Origin: Pseudomonas aeruginosa
GTDB lineage: Bacteria; Pseudomonadota; Gammaproteobacteria; Pseudomonadales; Pseudomonadaceae
Direction of reading: 5' to 3'
NCBI RefSeq assembly: GCF_001457615.1
Contig: NZ_LN831024.1
Coordinates: 6,030,001 to 6,062,000, forward strand
Length of the DNA: 32,000 nucleotides
The notes beneath the pieces were generated by a model that was given only the letters and a program-made list of their open reading frames with translations, was not told the origin of the DNA and did not search any database. Shown one piece after another: positions 10,213-21,561 of the stretch (the first letter of the stretch is position 1; every line of letters starts with the position of its first letter). A program made the position numbers and the translations under genes.

Positions 10213-10240
10213 TCATCCATTTCCTTATTAAGGCAAGCCT

Positions 10241-11449
10241 ATGCAGCGGCTCTATCGGAAACGCATCGTCCTCGGCGTGGGCGGCGGCATTGCCGCCTAC
10301 AAGAGCGCCGAACTGGTCCGCCGCCTGCGCGACCAGGGCGCTGAAGTCCGAGTGGTGATGACCCAGGGCGGCCGCGAGTTCATCACGCCCCTGACCCTCC
10401 AGGCGTTGTCCGGCCATCCGGTGCATACCGATCTGCTGGACCCGGCGGCGGAAGCCGCGATGGGCCACATCGAACTGGCCCGCTGGGCCGATCTGGTGCT
10501 GATCGCACCGGCTACCGCCGACCTCATGGCGCGCCTGGTCCAGGGCGTGGCCAACGACCTGCTGACCACCCTGGTGCTGGCCACCGACGCGCAAATCGCC
10601 CTGGCACCGGCGATGAACCAGGCCATGTGGCGCGACACCGCGACCCAGGCCAACGCCGAGCTGCTGCGCCAGCGCGGCTTCCACCTGTTCGGTCCGGCAG
10701 CGGGCAGCCAGGCCTGCGGCGACGTCGGCCTCGGACGCATGCTCGAAGCCGAGGAACTGGCGCAGCGCGCCGCCGACTGCTTCCAGCGCCAGGCGCTGAC
10801 CGGCGTGCATGTGCTGATCACCGCCGGCCCGACCCAGGAAAACATCGACCCGGTGCGCTACATCACCAACCACAGTTCCGGAAAGATGGGCTTCGCCCTC
10901 GCCGAGGCGGCGGTGGAAGCCGGCGCACGGGTGACCCTGGTCACCGGCCCGGTGCACCTGCCCACGCCCGACCGGGTGCAGCGCGTCGACGTGGTCAGCG
11001 CCCGCGACATGCTGGCCGCCTGCGAGGCGGCGATGCCCTGCGACCTGCTGATCGCCTCCGCAGCGGTCGCCGACTACCGCCCGGAAGTGGTCGCCGCGCA
11101 CAAACTGAAGAAAGACCCTACCAGCGGCGAGGGCTTGCTCTTGCAGCTGGTGCGCAATCCCGACATTCTCGCCACCCTCGCACAGCGCGAGGATCGTCCC
11201 TTCAGCGTGGGCTTCGCCGCAGAAACCGAAAACCTGCTGGACTATGCTGCACGCAAGCTGAAGGACAAGAACCTCGACCTGATCGTCGCCAACGACGTGG
11301 CCAACCCCTCGATCGGCTTCAACAGCGACGAGAACGCGATCACGGTGATCGACCGCGACCTGCATCCGAGCACCTTCGCCCAGACCAGCAAGGGCAAGAT
11401 CGCTCGCCAGCTGGTCGCCTTCATCGCCGACCGCCTCAACCAGCAATGA
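10241..11449 (+). CDS. coaBC: Bifunctional phosphopantothenoylcysteine decarboxylase / phosphopantothenate-cysteine ligase
   Basis: 402 aa; [18 protein letters not shown] flavoprotein start, [41 protein letters not shown]. Confidence 0.96.
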
Positions 11450-11456
11450 GTTACTG

Positions 11457-11912
11457 ATGCACTCTCTCCAAGCCAAGATCCTCGACCCCCGCCTGGGCTC
11501 CGACTTCCCGCTCCCGCAGTACGCCACGCCGGGCTCGGCCGGCCTGGACCTGCGCGCCATGCTCAAGGAAGACAGCGTCCTCGGCCCGGGCCAGACCCTG
11601 CTGATTCCCACCGGCCTGTCCATCTACATCGCCGATCCCGGCCTCGCCGCCCTGGTCCTGCCGCGCTCCGGCCTGGGGCACAAGCACGGCATCGTGCTGG
11701 GCAACCTGGTCGGCCTGATCGACTCGGACTACCAGGGCGAGCTGATGGTGTCGTGCTGGAACCGCGGCGAGTCGCCGTTCACCATCGCCGTCGGCGAGCG
11801 CATCGCGCAGTTGGTACTGGTGCCGGTGGTGCAGGCGCATTTCGAGCTGGTCGAAGCGTTCGACGAAAGCCAGCGCGGCGCCGGCGGCTTCGGCCATTCC
11901 GGCAGCCACTGA
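11457..11912 (+). CDS. dut: dUTP diphosphatase (dUTPase)
   Basis: 151 aa; [36 protein letters not shown] and [10 protein letters not shown] dUTPase motifs. Confidence 0.97.
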
Positions 11913-12822
11913 CCCCGAACACAGGACGAGACGCCGAGGAGACGCGGCATGAAGCTTTTCCAGCGCACCGCCAAGGATGGGAACGAGTTGGGCGACCTGC
12001 TCGAACCGGAAAAGAAGCCGCGCAAGGCAGCGTCCGAACGCGCTGACGGCAAGGACCTGCTGCCCGGCATAGGCGCCAGCCTACTGGGCGTGGCGGCCGC
12101 CGGCGCCCTGCTCTGGTTCGGCGTCTTCGGCGGCGCCGGTGAGGCGCAGCAGCGCCAGTTGGACGCGGCCTGGGCCGAAGGCCAGGCCGGCGCCTTGCGC
12201 CAGGCCTTGCAGCAACTCGCCGCCGACACCCGCGCCGCCGCGGCCAGCCCCTCGCCCTCGAAGCCCTGCAAAGCGGCGACGCCACCCGCATCGAGGCCGC
12301 CCAGCGCAGCCTGCTGGCCTGGGACGGCGTGGTCGATGCCCACCTGAACGCGCCCGGCCAGGCCGCCCAGGACAACGACAGCCCCGGCCCGGTCAGCTTC
12401 GCCGCCCTGGATATCCTGCACCGGGTGGAAAGTGGCCAGAACGTCGCCGCCGAAGCCTACAAGGTCGGCCAGCGCTGGCTGCTGTACAGCGCCGCGCCGG
12501 TGCGCGGCGCCGACCAGAGCCTGCAAGGCACGCTGCTGCTGGCGGTCGACCTGCAACGGCTGCTGCGCGCCCTGCCGCCCTTGCCGGGCGATGCCGGCCA
12601 GGTACAACTGGTCCAGCAGTTCTCCGGCGCACCGGCCCAGGTGCTGCTGCAACGCGGTACGCCGGCGCCGGGCAAGGGTGCGCAAGCGCTGGACAGCGGC
12701 AATCCGAACTGGAAACTGAACTACACGCCCGGCAGCGTCGCTTCGACCCAGGCCTCGCCGCTGCTGCTGGCACTCGCGGCGCTGCTGGCGCTGCTCGGCG
12801 GCATCCTCGGCACCTACCTCAC

Positions 12823-12831
12823 CCGTTCGTC
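12823..12831 (+). promoter_or_regulatory. AlgR-binding box (CCGTTCGTC), candidate algC RB1
   Basis: Exact match to the AlgR consensus CCGTTCGTC, 94 nt upstream of the start site predicted from the sigma54-like element. Confidence 0.75.
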
Positions 12832-12892
12832 GCTGTTGCGCCGCCTGCATCAGGATGTCCTGACCCTCGGTCAGTATCTTCAGGAACTCGGC

Positions 12893-12906
12893 GGGCAACG
12901 CACTGC
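12893..12906 (+). promoter_or_regulatory. Candidate sigma54 (RpoN) -24/-12 element of the algC promoter
   Basis: GG-N10-GC (GGGCAACGCACTGC); predicted TSS near 12917 fits the recalled AlgR-site offsets. Confidence 0.5.
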
Positions 12907-13078
12907 CAAACCCCCTGTGCCTAGCCTGCCGGGCTTCGCCCCGCTGATCCAGGCATTGGCCCGCCAGCCGCGGCGCAAGCCGGAGCCGACCAGCGTGCCC
13001 AGCCCTGCCAAGGCAGCGCCGGTGGCGCCGGTGGCGGTGGCGAAAGCGCCTCCTCGCGAGGAGCCGGCATTGGCAGAT

Positions 13079-13087
13079 CCGTTGTTC
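13079..13087 (+). promoter_or_regulatory. AlgR-like box (CCGTTGTTC), candidate algC RB2
   Basis: Near-match to the AlgR consensus at about +163 from the predicted TSS, upstream of the catalytic algC ATG. Confidence 0.5.
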
Positions 13088-13162
13088 CAGAACACCGACA
13101 TTCTGGATATCGACATTCTCGATGAAGACCAGGACCTCCTGGGATTGGAGCAAACCCCCATC

Positions 13163-15476
<2,314 letters not shown>

Positions 15477-15520
15477 TCGCCCGCCACGGCGCGCTCCGGC
15501 GCGCCATGGCGGTTCCTCCA

Positions 15521-16591
15521 TTAGCGTCGCGCGGCCAGCGTGAAGACCTGGTCCAACGGGCTCGTGCCCTCGCTACGGAAGGTCGCCGGGCTCACTCCCG
15601 TCCAGCGCTTGAACGCGCGCCTGAAACTGCGGATGTCACGGTATCCCACTTCCTCGGTGATGCGTTCGATGGACATCCCGGGGTTGCCCAGCAGGCTCAT
15701 CGCCCGCCCTCGTCGCACCTGTTCCAGCAACGCCTCGAAGGTCAGCCCGTGTTCGGCCAGCCGGCGCCGCAGGGTGCGGCTGCTCATGTTCAGTTCGGCG
15801 GAAATCCTTTCGATCTGGCTGCCCAGGCTGAGGTCGCGGGCGATGGCCCGTTCCACCGCCTGGACCAGGTCGAGTTTCCGGTGCACCTGGGTGCTTTCCT
15901 GCTCCAGCAGGGCCAGCGCCTGGCGCAACGCCGGCAGGTTGTGGTTGGGCAGGCGCATGTCCAGCCAGTGGCTGGCGATCGCCATGCGGTTGTGCAGGCA
16001 GCCGAAGCGTACCTGGGGGCCCAGCAGGCGCAGGTACTCGCCCGCGTAGGGCGGAGCGGCATGGATGAGTTCGATGCCCAGCGGTTCGAACGCCGGGCTG
16101 ACCAGGGCACGCCCATACACCAGCAGGCTGGCGAAGAACTCCTCGATGGCGAACACCTGCACCTCGCTGCTGGGCAGGTGGCATTCGACCTCGACGAAGA
16201 AGGTGTCGCCCTGCTGGTAGACGCTGGAGGTGACGATACCGCCCGAGCTGTGCTGGTAGCGCACGCCGATGTCGAACGCGTCGCGCAGGGTCCGGCACAG
16301 CGACAGCACATGGCCCAGCAGGCCAAGGGTGCCGAGCACGTTCTGGTGTCCGACCCACAGCCCCAGTCCCCGCTCCGGCAGGGCCTGGAGGGCACGCTGG
16401 ATCATGCTCACGGCCTGGCGGTAGGAGATGCGCTGGGTAGGGTCCTGCAGGTCTTCGACGGTGAAGCCCAGGCCCCGGCACAGCCGCGCGGGATCGACAC
16501 CATGGCCTTCGACCACCTCGGCCAGCGTCTGCAGCAGGAAGGTGGATACCTGGGCGAGTTCGTAGCGCGCATCGGCGGCATTGTTGTGCAT
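15521..16591 (-). CDS. sphR: AraC-family transcriptional regulator, sphingosine-responsive
   Basis: 356 aa from ATG at 16591 (MHNNAADARYEL...); C-terminal AraC HTH (MSSRTLRRRLAEHGLTFEALLEQVRRGRAMSLLGN...VGYRDIRSFRRAFKRWTGVSPATFR); divergent from sphA. Confidence 0.85.
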   Translation of the reverse strand: MHNNAADARYELAQVSTFLLQTLAEVVEGHGVDPARLCRGLGFTVEDLQDPTQRISYRQAVSMIQRALQALPERGLGLWVGHQNVLGTLGLLGHVLSLCRTLRDAFDIGVRYQHSSGGIVTSSVYQQGDTFFVEVECHLPSSEVQVFAIEEFFASLLVYGRALVSPAFEPLGIELIHAAPPYAGEYLRLLGPQVRFGCLHNRMAIASHWLDMRLPNHNLPALRQALALLEQESTQVHRKLDLVQAVERAIARDLSLGSQIERISAELNMSSRTLRRRLAEHGLTFEALLEQVRRGRAMSLLGNPGMSIERITEEVGYRDIRSFRRAFKRWTGVSPATFRSEGTSPLDQVFTLAARR

Positions 16592-16752
16592 GGGCGAAAT
16601 CCTGAGCCGGTCTCGGCTTCGTTCTTGTTCTGGCGGTGGATCGCGACATGGGATGAGCGTCCCATCATATAGCGTTCCGCACAGATGTAACAAAGCATTG
16701 CGCAGTGTCCGCAAATCCCCCCCTCGCTGACCGTCAATGCCCTGCCTCGGCC

Positions 16753-16779
16753 TGCCGTTAGGGCTTATTCCTATGCCGT
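16753..16779 (+). promoter_or_regulatory. Direct repeat TGCCGT with 21-nt periodicity upstream of sphA; candidate SphR operator
   Basis: TGCCGT at 16753-16758 and 16774-16779, typical half-site spacing for AraC-family operators. Confidence 0.3.
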
Positions 16780-16815
16780 GCCCCGAGCCACGCCAACAAT
16801 AATAAGAGCCCGCCC

Positions 16816-17766
16816 ATGAACCCGATCCGCCCCCACAGGCCCCTGCGCCTGGCCGCCTGCGTCACCCTCGCCGTCAGCTGCTGCACCCACGCCAGCGAAG
16901 GCGGCGTGGACAACATTGGTCCAGGAACCGACGGTTTCTTCACCCTGCCACTGGACGTCGACAACCTCCCCGACCACATGTTCGCCTTCAACGTCTACTA
17001 CAACCACTACGAAGCCAGGAAGCTGAACATCAGCTCCTTCGGCGGCAAGGTGTCCGACGTGAAGATCAGCTCGGATGCGATCATCCCTCGCCTGGACTAC
17101 CTGAGCCCGCTGCGGATCTTCGGCGGGCGCCTGGGCGGCTACATCGCCCAGCCCTATCTCCGCCAACGGGTGGCCGCGTTCGGCCTGAGCGACGAACGGG
17201 AAAGCATGGGCGACACCACCTTCGCGCCGATCATCCTCTGGGACATGGGCAAGGACCTGACCCTGGCCGCCGCCGTGGAGGTCACCGTGCCCACCGGCAA
17301 GTACGATGCCGAGCGGCTGGCCAACACCAGCAACAACTTCTACACCTACAAGCCGCTGTTCTCCTTCACCTGGCTGCCCACCGAACGCACCGAGCTGTCG
17401 CTGAAGGCCACCTACAGCTTCAACATGGAAAACCACGACACCGACTATCGCTCGGGGCAGATCTTCCATTTCGACTATTCCGCCAGCTACCGGGTGACCG
17501 ACAACCTGCGCCTCGGCCTGAACGGCTACTACCTCAAGCAGACCACCGACGACAAACAGAACGGCGAGACCGTACGGGTGTTCGGTTTCGGCGAGGAAGT
17601 CGACGACGGCGTACGCGGCCAGGTCTTCGCCATCGGCCCGGCCGTGCACCTGACCTTCCTCAAGTACGCCAGCGCGGAGATCCGCTGGGCCAAGGAATTC
17701 GACGTGGAGAACCGCCCCGAGGGCGACATGCTCTGGGCCAAGCTGACCATTCCGTTCGAACTCTGA
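16816..17766 (+). CDS. sphA: SphA, putative outer-membrane protein (phenol-degradation MetA-like family)
   Basis: 316 aa; signal peptide RLAACVTLAVSCCTHA then GVDNIGPGTDGFFTLP, beta-strand-rich with terminal F-E-L; divergent from sphR. Confidence 0.83.
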   Translation: MNPIRPHRPLRLAACVTLAVSCCTHASEGGVDNIGPGTDGFFTLPLDVDNLPDHMFAFNVYYNHYEARKLNISSFGGKVSDVKISSDAIIPRLDYLSPLRIFGGRLGGYIAQPYLRQRVAAFGLSDERESMGDTTFAPIILWDMGKDLTLAAAVEVTVPTGKYDAERLANTSNNFYTYKPLFSFTWLPTERTELSLKATYSFNMENHDTDYRSGQIFHFDYSASYRVTDNLRLGLNGYYLKQTTDDKQNGETVRVFGFGEEVDDGVRGQVFAIGPAVHLTFLKYASAEIRWAKEFDVENRPEGDMLWAKLTIPFEL

Positions 17767-17780
17767 GGCATCGGAACGAA

Positions 17781-17809
17781 GCGGCAGCCCGGTATCCGCG
17801 GGCTGCCGC
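17781..17809. terminator. Strong hairpin between convergent sphA and sphD, possible terminator without a clear U-tract
   Basis: GCGGCAGCCC-N9-GGGCTGCCGC, 10-bp perfect stem. Confidence 0.5.
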
Positions 17810-17836
17810 CATCGACGAGGAAAAGCGCCAGGCGTC

Positions 17837-19114
17837 CTAGGCGTAAACCGGCCAGCGCTCGACGATCCGCCCGCCGCGCAGCGCCAGCAGGTCGCCGAAT
17901 TGCAGCAGCACCGACTCGCTCTGGGTCGGCCGCAGGAAGACCTGGTCGTCCACCTCCAGGCCCACCGAAGGCGAGCCGTTGACCATTTCCTGGTTCGAGC
18001 TGCGCCCGTAGATGCCGTTGCTGCGCAGTCCCTCGGGCGAGGCGAAGTCGGCCATCCAGTTGCCGCCGTAGATGAAGAAGGTGCCGCGCTGGTTGGGGTC
18101 CCACCAGGAAAACAGCCGGGACTTGCCGTCCAGCGCCGGGATCTGCACCGCGCCGGTGCTCTTGAGTACCGGCGTGGCGATGTAGACGGCCGGCACATGC
18201 TCGGCCAGGGACGCCAGGTCGTAGTGGCTCGGCTTGAGCATGGCGGTGCCCACCGAGACCTCGCTGCTCAGCGTTTCCTTCTCGTGCATGCGATAGCTGG
18301 GGCTGCCGGCGGTATTCAGGGTCAGCTGTGGTGTCCACAGCGCGGCGAAGCGCTGGCGGGCGAAGTCGACATGTCCCTGGTAGAGCGCCATGACCTTGGC
18401 GAACAGCTCCTCGGGCGAACCGAGGATGCCCGGCACCCCCATTCCGACGAAGGGGTCGTAGCCCATGAAACCAGCGAACTCCAGGTACTGCGGATGCGCC
18501 GCGATCAGCGCCAGCAATTCGCCCAGCGCGGCCTGGTCGGCCACTCCGCCGCGATGCAGGCCGACGTCCAGTTCGATGTTGACGCGCATCCGGGTACCCA
18601 GCCCCTGGGCCAGCGCCAGGTACTGACGCAAGCGCTGCGGCGTATCGATCAGCCATTGCAGCTGCCGCGCCGGGTCGAACGCACCCTTGTGCTCGCGGTA
18701 GAACAGTTCCGCCGAACGCACCGGCAACGGCTTGCCGAGGAGGATGTCGGCATCCGCAAAAGCGACCGCGTCGTGGTTGAGGAACGGTTGGTGGAAGGAC
18801 ATCAGCCGCCGGGTGCCGGCGCGCCTGGCGATGTACGCCAGCAGGCCGGGCGAAGGCAGCGATTTCTCCACCAGCCGCAGATGCTTGCCGCCGCGGCGGA
18901 CCGAACGCATCACCACATCGATGTTGTGGTCCAGGCGATCGAGGTCGATGAGCAGCACCGGGCACATCGGGCCATTGGCCTTGAGTTCGCGGTTCAGCGC
19001 GCGGAAATAGTCGTCGTACGGCCCGCCACGGTCGGCGGGACGCATCCAGGCGGCAGTTCCCGCCAGCAGCGCGCCGGCCCCGAGGCCGGCGAACATGAAC
19101 TTGCGTCGATTCAC
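17837..19114 (-). CDS. sphD: Tat-exported PLP-dependent enzyme of the alanine racemase N-terminal / D-threonine aldolase-like family
   Basis: 425 aa; MNRRKFMFAGLGAGALLAG twin-arginine leader; LIDLDRLDHNIDVVMRSV and LRVNIELDVGLHRGG-like motifs. Confidence 0.82.
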   Translation of the reverse strand: MNRRKFMFAGLGAGALLAGTAAWMRPADRGGPYDDYFRALNRELKANGPMCPVLLIDLDRLDHNIDVVMRSVRRGGKHLRLVEKSLPSPGLLAYIARRAGTRRLMSFHQPFLNHDAVAFADADILLGKPLPVRSAELFYREHKGAFDPARQLQWLIDTPQRLRQYLALAQGLGTRMRVNIELDVGLHRGGVADQAALGELLALIAAHPQYLEFAGFMGYDPFVGMGVPGILGSPEELFAKVMALYQGHVDFARQRFAALWTPQLTLNTAGSPSYRMHEKETLSSEVSVGTAMLKPSHYDLASLAEHVPAVYIATPVLKSTGAVQIPALDGKSRLFSWWDPNQRGTFFIYGGNWMADFASPEGLRSNGIYGRSSNQEMVNGSPSVGLEVDDQVFLRPTQSESVLLQFGDLLALRGGRIVERWPVYA

Positions 19115-19127
19115 GGCGTCGCTCCTT

Positions 19128-20522
19128 TCAGGTCACGCCCAGGATGGAAGAGAGGTGCGCATTGAGGAACCGCCCGCGGGGATCCAGCGCCTGGCGCACC
19201 TCGGCGAATGCCTTCCAGCGCGGATAGAGCCCCTGCAACTGGTGCGCGTTGAGGCCATGCAGCTTGCCCCAGTGCGGCCGCCCGGCGTATTTCCAGAAGA
19301 TCGGTTCCACCGCGGCGAAGAAGTTGTGGTGGTCCATGCTGTAGTGCTGATGCACGGAAATGGAACAACTGTCGCGGCCCTCGAACATGCTCAGGGGAAT
19401 GTCGTCGGCCTTCACGTAGCGGTACTCGATGGGAAACCAGGTGCGCAGGTCCTTGTCGCGGATCAGCGCGAGGATCTCCCGCAGGCAGGCGGGGCCATGC
19501 TCGGCGGGGACCGAGTACTCCATCTCGTTGAAGCGCACGTTGCGCACGTTGGCGTAGACCGCATAGGAATCGTCGACCCGCTCGTCGAAGCGGGCGAAAT
19601 GGCGCAGGCTGTTGAGCAGGGTGCGGCGGGTCTCCGGGAAGTCGCTGAGGTACTTGTCGAGACCTTCGATCAGGCCGACGAACTCGTTGCCGCCTTCCTT
19701 CGCCGGGTCCAGGGGCGGGGTCTTCGGCTCGTCGGTCTCGTTGAGGGCGATCGACAGGGCGTAGTCGGAATGGGTCACCACCAGCATCTCCCAGTGCTGG
19801 TTCTCGCGCGTATTCTTCTCCACGTCTTCCAGCAATTCCTCGGTCCGGGCGATCCACTGCCGTTCACGCAGGCGGTAGGCCGCGCGGTTCTGCAGGCGCA
19901 CCCGGGTCACGACGCCCAGCGCCCCCAGCGAGACCCGCGCGGCATCGAACACCTCCACGTTGCGCTTGGCGTCGCACTCGAGCACCTCGCCGCTCGCGGT
20001 GACCAGTTGCAGACCGCGAACCTGGGCGGAATAGGAACCGAAGCCGACCCCGGTGCCATGGGTGGAAGTAGCGATGGCGCCGGCCAGGGTCTGGTAATCG
20101 ATATCGGCCATGTTCACCAACGCCTGGCCGATATCCTTGAGCGGAGCGCCCATCTGCGACATCGGCGTACCGCCGCCGAACTCGGCCTGGAGGGTCGCGC
20201 TGTCGTGGCTGAGCAAGCCGCTGAAGTAGGCGAGCGAGAGCAGGGTGCCGTCGGTCGGGACCAACGCGCTGAACGAATGCCCGGAGCCCACCGGGCGGAT
20301 CCTGCCGGACGCCTGGCGGATGATCCGGACCAGTTCGTCGAGGTCTTTCGGTGCCTCCCGCGCCAGGGGCAGGCAGCTTTGCGCGCCGGACCAGTTGCGC
20401 CAGGGAATCAGGCGCGGTGCGCGGAGCAACTCCGCCAGCGCGGGGTTTCCCACCATGGCGGCGAACGCACCGAGCGCTCCCGCCCGTTGCAGGAGCTGGC
20501 GTCGCGACAGATGACTTGGCAT
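19128..20522 (-). CDS. sphC: FAD-binding oxidoreductase, D-arabinono-1,4-lactone oxidase-like, Tat signal
   Basis: 464 aa from ATG at 20522 (MPSHLSRRQLLQRAGALGAFAAM); IRPVGSGHSFSALVPTDGTLLSL FAD-binding segment, STHGTGVGFGSYS, C-terminal PHWGKLHGLN. The track ORF to 21002 reads through non-coding sequence. Confidence 0.84.
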   Translation of the reverse strand: MPSHLSRRQLLQRAGALGAFAAMVGNPALAELLRAPRLIPWRNWSGAQSCLPLAREAPKDLDELVRIIRQASGRIRPVGSGHSFSALVPTDGTLLSLAYFSGLLSHDSATLQAEFGGGTPMSQMGAPLKDIGQALVNMADIDYQTLAGAIATSTHGTGVGFGSYSAQVRGLQLVTASGEVLECDAKRNVEVFDAARVSLGALGVVTRVRLQNRAAYRLRERQWIARTEELLEDVEKNTRENQHWEMLVVTHSDYALSIALNETDEPKTPPLDPAKEGGNEFVGLIEGLDKYLSDFPETRRTLLNSLRHFARFDERVDDSYAVYANVRNVRFNEMEYSVPAEHGPACLREILALIRDKDLRTWFPIEYRYVKADDIPLSMFEGRDSCSISVHQHYSMDHHNFFAAVEPIFWKYAGRPHWGKLHGLNAHQLQGLYPRWKAFAEVRQALDPRGRFLNAHLSSILGVT

Positions 20523-20533
20523 GCCGGTATCCC

Positions 20534-20923
20534 CTATCGGTCCTGCGCTGCGGACATGAAATCGATCAAAGCCCGGAACTGTTCTTCCGAGCACTGCATG
20601 CACATGCCCATGGGTGGCATGCCCTTGTAGCCGTTGATGCTGTGGTCCAGCAGGGTGTCGATGCCCTGCGCCAGGCGTGGCGCCCAGGCAGCGGCATCGC
20701 CGGTCAGCGGCGCGCCGGAGGCGGGATTGGCGTGACAGAGCTTGCAACTGGCGGAATACACCTGCGCCAACGCAGGGTCCGCAGGGACACGCTGGGAATC
20801 GGCGGCCCGCGCCGGCGGCTCCGTGGATTCTCCGCAGGCCACCAGCATCAGGCCCAGGGCAAGCAGCAACCCCGGGCGGCAAAGGCGCGAGTTGCCCGGT
20901 CCGGGGCGGAGCGTGGACGACAT
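20534..20923 (-). CDS. sphB: c-type cytochrome lipoprotein
   Basis: 129 aa from ATG at 20923; lipobox LMLVACGES; heme motif CKLCH with distal Met (GYKGMPPMGMC). Confidence 0.83.
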   Translation of the reverse strand: MSSTLRPGPGNSRLCRPGLLLALGLMLVACGESTEPPARAADSQRVPADPALAQVYSASCKLCHANPASGAPLTGDAAAWAPRLAQGIDTLLDHSINGYKGMPPMGMCMQCSEEQFRALIDFMSAAQDR

Positions 20924-21096
20924 GGTGTTCCTCTCTCGTTGCGCACGGCGTGCGTTCTCGTCGAACAACACTAAGGCCGCGACGCCCCGAGGATGAGGGC
21001 AATGCGGGCCAGCGACGGGGGGTTCTGCGGCCAGCCCTTTCGCACCGCGCGATGGCGGTCTAGAGTCGATGTCTGCAGCAGCGTCGAGGAGCCGGC

Positions 21097-21561
21097 ATGA
21101 GCAGCGCAGCACAGCGCCAGAACTACACCTTCTTCCATTCCCTGCGGGTTCGCTGGGCGGAGGTCGATCCGCAGGGCATCGTCTTCAACGGCAACTACCT
21201 GACCTATCTCGACGTCGCCACCACCGAGTACTACCGCCAGCTCGGCATGTCCTACCCGGCCGACCTGCTGCGCGGCGGAGGCGACCTGTTCGCGGTGAAG
21301 AGCACCCTGGAATACCGCGCCCCGGCGCATTTCGACGACTGGCTGGACATCGGCACCCGCGTGGCGCGGCTGGGGCGCAGCAGCCTGGTTTTCGAGCTGG
21401 GCATCTGGCGCGACGAGCAGTTGCTCACCGTCGGCGAGCTGGTCTACGTCTATGCGGATGCGAACGAGCGACAGAGCCAGCCCCTGCCGGACTGGCTGCG
21501 CGAGAAGATCAGGGCGTTCGAGCGACAGTCGCCAGTGGAATCAGGGACTCACGCCGAGTAG
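21097..21561 (+). CDS. Hotdog-fold acyl-CoA thioesterase (YbgC/FadM-like, 4HBT)
   Basis: 154 aa; VRWAEVDPQGIVFNGNYLTYLD motif. Confidence 0.88.
   Translation: MSSAAQRQNYTFFHSLRVRWAEVDPQGIVFNGNYLTYLDVATTEYYRQLGMSYPADLLRGGGDLFAVKSTLEYRAPAHFDDWLDIGTRVARLGRSSLVFELGIWRDEQLLTVGELVYVYADANERQSQPLPDWLREKIRAFERQSPVESGTHAE

Larger units (their letters stand above)
11949..13162 (+). pseudogene. algC: Frameshifted N-terminal membrane/periplasmic extension of the long AlgC ORF (TM - periplasmic region - TM - linker)
   Basis: The 11949..12347 frame encodes a TM segment (LLPGIGASLLGVAAAGALLWFGVF); the next frame continues as LALEALQSGDATRIEAAQRSLLAWDGVVDAHLNAPG...LLLALAALLALLGGILGTYLTRSS in frame with AlgC. 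11949..14554 is 2606 nt, one short of a multiple of 3. Confidence 0.72.

Noticed and set aside
12329-13162. Treating 12329..14554 as a genuine independent 741-aa gene start
   Set aside because: The frame is open upstream and continues the sense of the 11949 ORF after a 1-nt shift; 12329 is simply a start codon inside the disrupted extension.
20523-21002. 160-residue N-terminal extension of the SphC ORF in the track
   Set aside because: It overlaps the sphB coding region in another frame, is Arg/Pro/Gly-rich, and is followed by a proper Tat signal starting at the internal ATG (20522).
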